In this document: positions 1-12,104 of the stretch, in pieces
Position numbering within the stretch: the first letter of the stretch is position 1
Layout of the letters: every line of letters begins with the position of its first letter
Assembly (NCBI RefSeq): GCF_000315625.1
Contig: NW_005434666.1
Location: 741,869 to 805,868 of the forward strand
From: Guillardia theta CCMP2712
Taxonomy: Eukaryota > Protista > Cryptophyta
DNA: 64,000 nucleotides
Direction of reading: 5' to 3'
Program-made: the position numbers and the translations under genes
The notes under the pieces: model-generated
Seen by the model: only the letters and a program-made list of their open reading frames with translations
The model's database searches: none
Told to the model about the DNA's origin: nothing

Positions 1-600
1 TCACTTGCTCACAGGATCCACTTCCGCCTTCGCAAGATCCAATCTCTTCCTGATATCGAAGTGGAGGTAGTGAGTGTTGCGTGTGCTGCCCGCCCCTCCA
101 CTATACTTCCTCCTCCTCCTCCCCTCCTCCTCCTCCTCCCTCTCCTCGTCTCCTCATCTCCTCTTCCTCCTTGACCAGTAACTCCAGGAGTCTTCGCCCC
201 GCCGCAAGTCTTCTGTCTTCCAGGTGGAGAAGGTGACCGCACTGCTCTTTCTTGCTCCAGCTGAGCCCGAGCACCAGGGCGACAAGGGCTACGTGAGCGT
301 GAGCATGGAGGAAGAGAAGGAAGAGAAGAAGAACAGATTCTCCTCCCTCATAGCAGCCATCACACCAAGAAAGGAGCGAGAGGTGAGGACGAGGACGAGG
401 AAGGAGAGGATGGAGAGGAAGATCAAGAGAGTGGGGAGGGATCGGCGAGGGAGGGTGGAGAGGGAGGTTGTGCAAGGAGATATGGTTGTGGCGTTGACCG
501 GCTGCAGGAGCTGGAGAGCTTCACCAAGGACGCTCTGATGAAGGTGCAGCGACTGTGCGAGAGGAACTTGTCGCTTCCTCTTGATCTCTACATGATGTAA
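1..600 (+). CDS. 3' exons of an unidentified gene entering from the left edge
   Basis: Exon-like stretches separated by GT..AG introns filled with TCC repeats; plausible final frame ...ERNLSLPLDLYMM with TAA at 598-600. No recognisable domain. Confidence 0.3.
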
Positions 601-734
601 ATAAACTTCATTGCCGTCAAAAAGATCTGGGTCAGAAGCTGCAGCGACTCCTCCTCCTCCTCCTCCTCCTCCTCCTTGCCGTCTTCCTCATCCTCTTCTT
701 CTACTCCTCCTCCTTTCAACAACAGCTGCTTCCT

Positions 735-855
735 TCAAGGCCCGACTCGCGGCATCTTGTTGGGAGGAAGGGAGTTGTGATCTCTTGCCCCGATCGCGTT
801 CGGATGAGAAGGACGAGGAGCTCCCTGCTGCTGGTGATGGTGCTGCTGCTTCTGC

Positions 856-890
<35 letters not shown>

Positions 891-3130
891 TGCCGCCTTC
901 TCCACCGACCTTTTCTTCTTAACCTGCTCGCTGCTCGTCAGCTCTCCCTCTCCTTTTTCCCTCCCTCCCTCCTCATCCTCCTCCTTTGGTCCCCATGCTC
1001 TCTCGTCGCTCCCTCACCTGCCACTCATGAAAGGCATCGGAGCCGCGGCTGGGATCGAGGTCGCGGGGAGGAGCAGGCATCGGCTCCGAGTAGAAGTAGT
1101 CATGGTTGAGCGCCTGATTCGCTGTCAAGCGGTGGTCCGGGTTGAGGGTGAGCAGGCCCTCCAGCAGCTTGTACTCCTGCTCCTGCAGCTCCCCTGACAC
1201 GGTCTTCTTGATGTGCTCACGGAAGATGCAGGGCTTGGGCTTGAACTTGAGGTTCTTCATGCCCGGCAGCTGCAAATGGACGTGAGCGAGGGACGAAGAG
1301 GGAGGGTGGAAGGCGTCAGGAACGGGAAGAACAAGAAGAGGGGAAGGAGGGGGATGAAGAAGAGAAGGGGAGGTGGGTCTGGGGAGAGGAAGGGAGAGGA
1401 GAGGGGAACAGGGAGGAGAAAGGAAGGAGCCAACAACCCTGTCGAAAGTGGGCCAGGCATCCTTGGAAGGGGTTCCGAAGACATCGAAGATCTTCTGAAT
1501 CTGTTCCGTCTGAACCTCCTCATCAGATCCCCTCCTCTCAATCCTCTTCACTCCTCCCTCACCTCGTTGTGCGGGCCGGAGACGGTGTGCGAGTCCTGCC
1601 AGATGTTCCTATAGTGGTTCGTTGTGTGCTTGAAGAGAAGCTCCGCAAAGATGCAGCCGACCGACCAGATGTCGGCAGGCGCCCCGTACTTCTCCGACTC
1701 CAGCAGGACCTCAGGAGGGCGGTACCATAAGGTGATGACCTTCTTGGTGAGGGGCACAGAAGGATCGTTGTAGGAGCGCGCGAGACCGAAGTCAGCGATC
1801 TTCAGTGAGCCTTCCTTGGTGATCAACAGGTTCGCTCCCTTGATGTCTCGATGCCTGCATGCACTTCATCCTCTGCTGCCACCACCACCACCACCACTTC
1901 CTCCTCCCCCCCCCCTTCTCTCCCCCACCCTGCCGTCTTCCTCGACCCACTCCCTAGGTCACGCCCCCTGCCTTCTGCTCCTCCCGCTCCTCGTTGGAGG
2001 GACTCACAGGATCTTCTGGGTGTGGAGGTAGTGGAGGCCCTCGAGCAGCTGCTTCAGGTAATGTTTCACGTGCTCCTTCTTGATCTCAATCTGCCATCCC
2101 CGCCTCCGCCTCAGACACGCCGGGCCAACAGGAGCAGCTCAGTCACCTTGGGACTCAACATCAGACCAGCCAGGTCGTGCTCCGCATACTCGAACACCTA
2201 CGAGCAAGTAGATCAGCACAGCAGGAGGAGACTATCGAACAGTCTTGCCATGTAGACGCTCCCCTTCTGCTTGTTGTGGTCATGCGCCTTGGAAGTGACG
2301 ATCTCTCTCAGCTGGACGATGTTGGGATGTTTCAAATTCCTGATGCAGAGTCAACCAGACAGCTCGAAAATTGAGGCGATCAACTTGAGGATCTTGATTT
2401 CTCTGATTGCTGTAATGGGGAATCCTTCTTTTTCATTGTCCATCTTGACTTTCTTCAACGCCACCATGCACTTCGTGCCTTCTCTCTCCCTCGCCAACCA
2501 AACCTGAACAAAATGAAATGATCAATCCTTTGACGTCTCAAAAATATAACCAATCGTCCAATCACATCCATCATTGTCATCATGGAATCATCATTATCAT
2601 CGTCGTCTCTGGAGACTTTCACTGAGCAGATCAAGTTTACCTGTCCATATTGTCCTTCTCCAATCTGCTCAACTTTGATGAAACATTCAACACTTCTTGC
2701 CTGGATTGAAAAAGTAAAACTCTTCTGAAGTGCATCAAGCATCCTTCAACTGACCCCCCACTGTCTTGACAAGTATGGTGCAACTACTCCTGGCATTTGT
2801 CCGACATGAACATCTCCTGCACATGGATCAGGCTCTACATCAGCTCTTGTTGGCAGGACCTGCTGGTGCAGCTCCAGGCTGTGAAGAATTCGATGAGAAG
2901 CACGCATCAGTCGCCATGTACAGGAAGATCATCAGAGAGACTCACATGATCGTTCTGAGGTCGGTTGGCACTGAAAGCAACATTCCCATTGTTTGCATCA
3001 TGTGCGTTGTGCATTCTGATATACTATGTCACAAAGGAGAAAACGTGTCCATTGATCATGATGGCCGTGTTCTCTAACAGCATCGGGATAGTTGCTCGAG
3101 AGACCGAGAGTTCTTGTCTCTGATCTCTTC
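735..3130 (-). CDS. CDKC: Cyclin-dependent kinase, CDKC/CDK12-13 type (RNA Pol II CTD kinase), multi-exon
   Basis: Spliced frame reads WG|[47 protein letters not shown] (PITAIRE), [40 protein letters not shown]; Gln-rich tail ends at TGA 737-735. Start codon uncertain (~3130 or further upstream). Confidence 0.93.
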
Positions 3131-3666
3131 ATCCCATAGAGTCGTCAGGATTGAGACAGCTCTCTACAACAACCTCAACACGGGGGACATCGCACGTAGC
3201 TGGGAAGAAGATGAAACGAGAAGGCACAGGAAGCAGGCAGGGAGGGACAGGGAGGAGAAGTGAAACCACGGAAAGGAGACGAGGACGCAAGCGAAGAGGA
3301 TGAAGAGCACAAAGGTCTAGAGGGCAGGGGAGAGCTGAGCCACGAACTCATTGAGGTGGGAAAGTAAGCAACTATCCTGCGAACGGGCCATAGATGAATC
3401 AAGAGGATCAAGTGTGGCTGACAAGGTCGGCGGATGAGGAGGAGGAGGAGGAGGAGGAGGAGGAGGAGGAAGCGAACAGATAAGGCCCACGAGCAGCAGG
3501 ACGAGAGGAGCATGGGCAGGCTTGTGCACGGCGGCGGCAGCAGAGATTTCAACCGAATTGGTTTGATTGATCTTTGTTGAATTGAATTGATTTTATTCGG
3601 TTTTGGATCGTATCGAATTATTCGATTCAAATCAGCCACACAATTTCCCCGATCGAGTTTCCCGCC

Positions 3667-4485
3667 ATGGCAGCCTCGTCGGCGACGTCGCTCATGGCGG
3701 CGGTTGCGGGAGAATTTCTCGAGGCAGCGATACCCACCATCCTGTATATACGAGGAGTTTATCCCGCCGAGCTCTTTGAGCGCAAGAGGTTGAAGGAGAC
3801 AAGAAGATCGATGGAACATTGATGGTGTGCTTGCTGCAGGAAATACAATGTGCCGGTACGGCAAAGTAGACACAAGGATCTGAATGAATACATAGCCGGA
3901 GCCATCAAAGATATGATGGAATGGATGTCTAAAGGTAGTCGATGGTTTGGTCTTGCTCATATTGACAGTATGATGGTAGGTATTGTGGAAAGAGTTGTGC
4001 TCTCAATAGAGGAGGCTGCGAGCGGGAGACAACTGGAGAGGTGCGAACTTCTTGAGATCGGACATTTTCATAGTATGATTCTAATTACAGATTTGTGTTC
4101 GAATTTGAGCTTGATCTTACGGCAGACCGTGCAGCCCATGCTCGATCACTTGCCGCGCAAGCCCGCGAATCGTTAGAAGATGCTTTCCGACAAGTGTTGT
4201 TGAAAATCAACGTAGCAGATTCTCTCCTTGCTCCATTGCCCAAGGAGCTTACATTTGGTCTGTACGCACATACAGCATCTAGGCTCCATGACAACGACGA
4301 TTGGGAGGTATAGAGAGTATTGCGAATTCATTTGCATCATTCATTTGCAGGAAATGGCATCGGAGGGGAACGATAGGGGACGGGCAGAGAAAGGGAATGA
4401 GAACATGTTAACCGTGCCTCTCAAGTCTGTACAGGCTGGTTGCTTCAGGCTGCAGCTGCTAGTGCAAAGTCCATCAAGTGGTTGA
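3667..4485 (+). CDS. REV7: HORMA-domain protein REV7/MAD2L2 (DNA polymerase zeta subunit)
   Basis: ATG at 3667; EFLEAAIPTILYIRGVYPAELFERK, KYNVPVRQSRHKDLNEYI, LERFVFE, LEDAFRQVLLKI and C-terminal PLKSV..LQL match the REV7 pattern across short introns. Confidence 0.88.
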
Positions 4486-4590
4486 GAGGCCTCGTTTAGT
4501 GACTAGATAACTTGCGAAATAGCGACCGATATCATGTAACATAGAATTTATTGAAAGTCCCATGATTAGCTTCAGAACTCGCAAGAAGAA

Positions 4591-7416
4591 TCATGATCCA
4601 GACAACATCTCTATGGCCGTCTCGATGTTCCCGTGCACAATGTTCAAGATCTCTAAAGCACGGTTCCGATCGAAGCCCATCATCTCCAATTGATCAGCTT
4701 GCTCCTCATACTGAGCAGCGCTGCTTGCCGTCGCTGGCCGACTGGAGCTCATCGCACCTGATCGAGCTGCGCCAATGCTCGTCCCAAACTCGGCACCTGC
4801 CATTTCTGTATCGCCGCTGGAAAGGTTCCTGCGAAGAAAATGATGAGATGAATGAAACGCAATTGCACAAGTTACTTGTCGTTATCGATCATGCGTAGAA
4901 CATTCTGCCACGCTGGAGACTGCATGAATTCAGATGCTTTGTTCGAGTCTCTCTCCTTCACTGCCTCGCACAAAATCCGAAGGCCCTGAAGGAGAAGCTG
5001 AGGCGAAGAGAAACTGAGAAGTTCATACGTGTGACTCACCTCATCACTATGAGAAGAGAACAGTCCTGGGTGAGTGGCCAGGTACACAATGAGATGAAAG
5101 TCGGAGATGGTCTGCATGGACATCAGCGTGCGTCACTTCTATGGGAGATTACCTTGAGCTGCCCAGTGGGGCGGAAAGGCTTGTTGTCCGGGGAGTTCAG
5201 ATGTGCTTTGAGCGCCTCAAGCGTCTGTGGAGCGTACATTCTGTTTTCTATTGGAAAATTTCTCTTGAAAAGCGGGTTGGCTTGTTGGGGAAATGTGGGG
5301 CCATTGACACTGACCTGAGAAGAAATCAACTGGGGTAAAGAGAGATGCGAATCGTAAGAAATCACCACAAGATAGTCGACAGGAAAATAAGGCTTGGCCT
5401 CATGCACCATCTTATTTCCAAACTCACTGACGTCTTGGTAGAATATCGCTGGAACATATCTGAAAAATCATCAAACAAGACATGCATGCAACGACGGCAA
5501 AAGATGCCTGTCGGGAGTTGATTGGGCTACACGACAAAGATTAGGCTTTGCGGTATATTCCAGAATTCCTTCAGCTCGCTCCAAATCCATGCCTTGTTGA
5601 GAAACCTTTGAAACCCCATATCAAAGAAGAGATGCAAGTGGATTCTAGCCACCTGATAAGCAACATAGTCCAGCTCGTTCTTCTCATTTCCAGTCACAAC
5701 GACCTTGAGAGACATCAAAGCTGGGAAACAAAAAAACAACAATGGTACCGTTACAAATTTTGAACCAAATTCCAGGTCATCACATTCCAGACATTTGGAC
5801 GGATTCATATTTTGAAGTCTGGCAGCTATAATACATTCGTTTGATCTTAAGAAGTAGGTGTCTTTTCCTCGAGAGCAGACGTATCTGTTAGCACATGATA
5901 AGTTCCACATTGTGTACAATCTTAATACAAACTTGTTGTGATCATCAGCCATCACTTCAAGATCGATGAAAATCCAGCCAACCTGTTCAAATGACAAAGT
6001 CAATTTTGCATCCATACATTACTTAGTCAAAATCAGTACTTTGACTAGTCCCAGCATGGCAGCAGTCGAATCGATCGCATCAGAATACGGATCCCTCAAC
6101 ATATTTACACCATCCGCTGCACATTCTTGGGGTGGCTCATAAATGGCCTTGACAACCGCCTTGATGCCTTAAAGAAGCAAGTCAATACCATGCTTTGCAG
6201 GTTGCAAATACCTAGAGGAACGTTTGTATCCACTTCATAGGTTCCATACAAATATCCATATCGCATGGCTCCAGTCTGCCTCCAAGCATCCAAGAACCTA
6301 TAAATTAAGATTAATCTTTACGATGAGTTGGGATCGAATTCACTTGTCAAGAATCTGTGGATCTTCTATCTCCACTCGATCAACATGTCGATACTTTTGT
6401 CTATCCAGTGTCATCGGCTTGGGCAGTCTGCTCATGCTGACGGTCCTTTCACCCCAGCCCTTTTCAGTGCCTGTCTTTCCTCCAGCTTCACCGTAACTAC
6501 CGAAATCATGACGCCTGGATCGTAATGTGACTCAATATTGAAGCTCAGCTGATTCATCTCACTTCAACTCTGAGAATTTTCCTCCACCAGAATGAGATTT
6601 AAGTTTCCTCAAATAAGCGTGAAACGACATCAATTTGACGTCCTTTTCCTGCAAATCCAGTATCAGACTAAATATGAAGGGTAGGAATCCTAATCTACCT
6701 TTAAAAGTCTCTCATCATATGGTTCAACAGCCATTGTATCGATGCTCTCATCACCAAAACTGATTTGCAAATCTCTGTCAGTGGTCTATAGATGTGCTGC
6801 TGTGACAAACAGACAGCAATCCGAACCTTCGTCTCGAGGTAGATTTTAGCTTTTCTCTTCCGTCCATCTTAGTCAATTCAAGATCAACTTGATCCAAGAC
6901 AATGTCGGAACTGAGCAGTGAAATGTCAGCTTGTAAATCTCCAGGATCTGAATATTCAAAAATACATTTTCTTCTTATGTTCTCTTGGCACTGTATCCAG
7001 AATTTCCACCACCTTCTCTCCAGAAAGAGAATTTCCAACCATATGTGTCATTGCCTCCGGTTCATGGGGTACACTTGGAGGTGATTCTTCATGCTGAGCA
7101 AAAATTCTGTCTCCATGTTGAATTCGCAAAGAAGACAAAGTTGCCTCTGCCGGGCCAAGATAGTCTAATAAAGAGTCAGAACGAGAAACACAACTTCTCA
7201 AAAAACCAGAATCGGATGACAACATCACACTTGATAAAGATGCAAGTACAATCAATCACCTTTGTGTGAAGGGTCTCTGCTCAGCTTGAACTGTTTGATC
7301 GTAGGGAGTTGTTGCTGGAGCTTTGCTGCAAGCGCCTCAAGGGTTTCAGAAGGATCTACTTCGACTCGAGCCTGGCCTTCCCTTGTTTGAATGCGGACTA
7401 TCATCCTATTTCCCAT
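4591..7416 (-). CDS. NPL4: NPL4 (Cdc48/p97 cofactor) with C-terminal UBA domain, multi-exon
   Basis: N-terminal ubiquitin-like MIVRIQTREGQARVE; SFHAYLRK; RHVDRVE; RYGYLYG.Y; AIYEPPQE; VGWIF; YFL.S.ECI.AA.LQ; FGSKFVTV; PYFPVDYL; FPIENR; ISDFHLIVYL; C-terminal QLEMMGFDRNRALEILNIVHGNIETAIEML (UBA). Confidence 0.92.
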
Positions 7417-8304
7417 CAAAATCACACAATGAGACACTATGAGCACGTGTTGGCAGGCATGTTACCTGACAAGGTTCACCACTTCACAACTATCGGTACA
7501 GCTGGTCGATGCTTCGATTATGCGACGCTAGTAAACTCCACGGCTCTACGTATGCTGCGTTCATGTCAATACAGAGAAATGTTCCATGTGCTTCCATCGC
7601 TTTCCACTTCCAGAATGAAGCAAAGAGCTACGCCAACAAAGTAGGGAACATCTGCCCTCTACCTTTGAGTCGGTCAACCCTTCGCTTATTGATCATGAAC
7701 AAGATGACTGTCTTCAACGAACTGACTCCCTGTGAACACACTTATCCTCTCACTCTCATCGTCTCTCTTCTCTCCTCCCCCTTCTCCGCTGCCCCCCTCC
7801 TCCTGTCCTGAGACTATCCATGCCAGTTTCTAGACAGCCTGTCCCGATGGATAACGGTTCATGTAACCGTTTCAACTCATTTGACTGACTCTGAAAGGCC
7901 CGGGGCCGGGCCCGCCGGACAAAAGAGACTGAGCCCCGGACACTCCGACTGAGGAACTCGGAAACCTGGTCAGTTGGAGGAGGGGGTAGAGTCATTTACT
8001 CGAAGTTAAGAGAGATCCAAACCCTCATCCTGCCGACTGCTGTATCATGCCTAAACTTAACTTTACACCTTGCCTTGGTTTCTTCTCTTCATTCTCTCCG
8101 ACAGCTCTCACTGCAGTCCATAGGTCCTCTCTGGCAGAGTCGATCGCGTCAGAGCCGTTGAGGAGCTACTTCCTCGAGGTCTCCTCTGGTCGTCTCCCCG
8201 TGTTGGCCGTGTGTGGCTGGTACCATCAAGTGACTGCACGAGAGCGAGCCCGTCCTCATGCCGAGATGCTCAGGACACCGTGGCTCCAAAGCGGGCGCGT
8301 CGAT

Positions 8305-9045
8305 GCTGCATGAATCGTCAACCAGAAAGGAGAAATCTCCTCCTGCTCCCCGGCATGCGTGTCCTGAGGGCATCACCATCGTGACGGCCGCCATGGACTT
8401 GCCGAGCGAGTGGGCGTCGCCTCAAAGGCAAGGGTCACACTATGCTGCCGGCATCAGCCAGCTCCTCTCGTTGCGCTGCCCCACCGTCGCCTTGGTAGAC
8501 TCACAGGTGAAGCAGCAGGTGATGCTGGAGGAGACCGACGTCCTGCTCACGCCGACTCTAGAGAAACAAGACCTCAGCAACCTCGCCTTCTTCCATAGAA
8601 TGCGCAGCATGCGAACTGAGACCTGGAAATCTGAGGGATGGAAGGTGTTGCCAGAGTCCGCCGATTACCTGGCGCTTGTGTTGCTCAAATTCCCACTTGC
8701 TTGGCCCGGGCTGCGTAGATGTCCATGCGCTCTCCACCTCTTGGATCCACGAGCGCGTAGGCGACAACAAGGTCCTCGTGTCCGTCTACCGGGCGAAGCA
8801 GAGGTTCTGCTGGGACCCGAGTGTGAGCGAGCTGGGAGGGCTGCCCTGTAAAGAGCTTCCGCAGTTCACGGGCAAGGGGTCGTTCTTTGCGATGAGGAGG
8901 AGAGAGGCTCTGTAGCTGGAGGGGGAGTACAAGTGGGTGGTGGAGTAGATAATCTCCAAGGGCTTCCTCTTGCCCGAAGAGTTCTACCTCTCCATAGTCC
9001 CCAAGAGACCCGGAGTGATTCTACACCTTCGACCGATCAGATAAC
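8305..9045 (+). pseudogene. Probable pseudogene resembling the HtrL/YibB-like (glycosyltransferase-like) family
   Basis: ITIVTAAMDL...R...Y...LL...V and Y..LVLLKF motifs, then a frame change and a continuation (GKGSFFAM...EEFYLSIV) interrupted by two in-frame TAG codons (~8913, ~8946). Family call is from motif recall only. Confidence 0.38.
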
Positions 9046-10179
9046 GGCATGGGCCATGATTTGGAATGTATTCGCATCTGCATGATGGCAAGTGACGATC
9101 CATGTCTTTGCATGAAGTTTCCCAGCTACAACTCCAGCATCCCCGCCGATCAGGGGATTCTCAGGTGGGAGGTCGACCGACCGCACGAGGGCATGCTCTC
9201 ATTGTCGGGATCCGAGCTCTGCAGTCCTCTCCAGATATTGGAGAGGAGCAGGAATGGACGGGGTTGGAGTACATCACTGCTACACACATGCGGTTTCAAG
9301 TCCGCAGGAGGACCAAGAGATTGTTGACTTGAACAAGGCGACAGACTCTAGAGGGCACATCTACGAGGCCTGACACTCCCTCTTGGACAGCATGACAGAG
9401 GGCCCGTGCGTCGCTTTAGTAACGGAGAATTTGACCGCATCTGAGAGGCGACTGACCGAGCCGACAATCGCGGACATGAGGCTCTACTGCACCGACAAGG
9501 TTCTCGCCGCCATGCCACTGTTGCTCCTCTGACTTGCAGGCAGGTCTACGAGACCAGCTGGTTGGCTTACGGTCACTCCCACTCTCAAGGTCCTTCCGTA
9601 TTAATTCTCATCCTCGGCAGAGCAAGTCGGGACTGCTAGCAGCTCATCCAAGACCCCTGCTGGTTCATCTAGATGCGTTGAAGGTTCGCATGGACATGCA
9701 GGAGCAGGTGAAGAGCAAGAGCACGAGGATACGCTTGTCACTTCATCCGGCAGGCGCTAGAGTTTCTGTTCGAGAGTATCTGGAAGATGGTGGGCTCTTG
9801 TTAGGTGATGTATGGGATCGTCCAGGTGCAGCTGAGGACAACAGCAGGTGCTGGTTACATGCCCGACAGATACTTCGATCCTTGCTTGCAGACGACTGTG
9901 CGGTGAGGATGTGAGAACGAGCGAACAAGCATCTGATGGCAAGCACGTCAATGTCACCAGTACGAGAAGCTCTCAAGAACTCCTGCAAGAAGCGTGATAG
10001 GAAGATCGGTGTCACTCTTGAATATTCCTTTCCATCCTGGTACATCGTGAAGACCGCCAAACTTCCCTAAGGTCTTGATGCTTTATTTAAGTTTTCTTGT
10101 TTGTGCCTTACACTACCCCAGCTGCTGACGAGTCAGCTCCTGCAGACATGGATTAGGATGAACATTCATGAGAAAGTTT

Positions 10180-11197
10180 CTAATCACCATGGACAATGTC
10201 CTCCACGTTAGCATCATCGCTTTTAAATTGTTTCTGAATCGACTCCACCATCGCATCCGCTTTCATCCTTGCAATAATGTCCTTCACCTGCAACAAATGA
10301 GGGATGAGTCCCCGAGCAGAGAGAAGAAGAGGGGTAACACAGACCTTCTTTCTATCCTTGGGATTGTTCGCCAACTTCTTAGGCAGCCCATGCGCTTCAG
10401 CCCACTTCACCAGCTTGGCGAACTTGGACACCTTGTCGCTGGCAGTGGGCTTGTCTGAAGTTCCATGAGACTCACAACATCAAGTTGAAGAATCAACGAG
10501 TACCTGCTGCATGGCTGGCGGTAGCGTGGTGAACAACCTTCTTGATGGCATGCTGCTTCTCCTTGCTCGCTTGAGCATGGTGCGCAACAACCTTGTGAGG
10601 ATGAGGAGCTGCAGCTTTGTGAGAGAGAGCGGCGTGCGGGTGCTTGGAGGACTGAAGAGAATCAGTGTGCATGTCAAGCAGCCTCTTCATCGCCATCATC
10701 CGCTGGTGATACGTGAGGTGATTGTTGGCAACGATCTTGGCAACTTTTGAAACCACTTTCTTCCCAGAAGCATGCTCGCTTCCCTTAGCCAACAAGCTCT
10801 GAACAGTCTTTTCCTTCTCAGATCGTGATGCATGCTTGAATTTGGAGTCCTTCAAGATCTTGTTGGCTATGGAGACAGAGTCTGTCAAGAGCTCGTCGGG
10901 CTTCTCCTCAGTCAAGTTCAGCTGTCTCGGCGCATAGTATGCAACGGCTACGAAAAGAATGACACTGCAAGCTATCCCCGCAACCTGCATGCTAGGGTGG
11001 GATCGCTTCTTGATCGTCCCCTGGCAAGAAGATGTCAGAACACACGACGTTGAGTCGTTAGGAAGAAATTTGAAGCAAAATGCAATCAAATAAGACTTGC
11101 TTTCAGCTTGCAAATGCAAATTTGAGGAAGACAAAGCAAGTGCGCTTTTCACCAGACTCAAATGTAATTTTTCTGTCACATTCCTGATCCAATCCAT
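10180..11197 (-). CDS. Hypothetical His/Lys-rich protein with N-terminal transmembrane/signal segment
   Basis: ORFs 10493-11197 and 10180-10431 can be joined by short introns; hydrophobic VAGIACSVILFVAVAYY followed by a basic helical region. Start could be ATG 10990. Confidence 0.55.
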
Positions 11198-11402
11198 TTG
11201 ACATCGCTATTCAACTTACTGCTCGATTCGATCAAGAGACGTCATCCAAGAAATACAGTTGAAGTTTCATCATGGTCTACAAACTTGTTCCCACTTCTCA
11301 CTAATTTTATCCCTGCACATATCCTCGTCGTCCTTCTGATCGCAACCCTCATGCTAGTATCCGCCTTCCACTTTCCCTCTCTTCCACCTCTTCCTCCTAA
11401 AG

Positions 11403-11677
11403 CGCCAGCATCCCCAGCATCAGGAGCATCGCCAGCATCGGCAGCATCAGGAGCATCAGGAGCATCGGCAGCATCGGCAGCATCGGCAGCATCGGCAGCA
11501 TCGGCAGCATCGGCAGCATCGGCAGCATCGGCAGCATCGGCAGCATCGGCATCGGCATCGGCATCGGCATCGGCATCGGCATCGGCATCGGCATCGGCAT
11601 CGGCATCGGCATCGGCATCGGCATCGGCATCGGCATCGGCATCGGCATCGGCATCGGCATCGGCATCAGCAGCATCG
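11403..11677. repeat. (GCATCGGCA)n grading into (GCATCG)n tandem repeat
   Basis: Directly visible 9-mer and then 6-mer units. Confidence 0.95.
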
Positions 11678-12104
11678 CCTCCTCCTCCTCCTCCTTCCCT
11701 CAGTCTTACCGCGTACGACACCATCGCGCCTCCTCGTCAGCGACTTTTCGACGTATTTTACAACCGTTTTGTAACGTATAAACCAGAACATAACTGAATA
11801 TGTAACGGAAGAAACGGACACCTCGAATCCGGGAGAGCCAAGGAAGTGTGAGGGGGGGGAGGCAAGTGGGGTGGGGTGATGAAGAGGAGGGTCTACAGAC
11901 AACAGGGGGGTCACAAGTAGGTAGGGGTACCTGGTGTTTATCCTGGAGATAGGGTGATAGTGAGAGTAATGGGGGGTGCGAATTTAGCAGTGAGGGGTCC
12001 ATTCTTTAGATCGGGGGGTGGTAGACGGATTTGAGAAGGGGTAGGTGATGGTGGGAGCAGGAGGGGGTGGGTGGGTGAGGGTGGTGGCGGGAGGAGGGCG
12101 CGAG

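Noticed and set aside
11198-11797. Poly-AS / poly-AD / poly-MP ORFs
   Set aside because: Products of the GCATCG repeat; no flanking coding signal.
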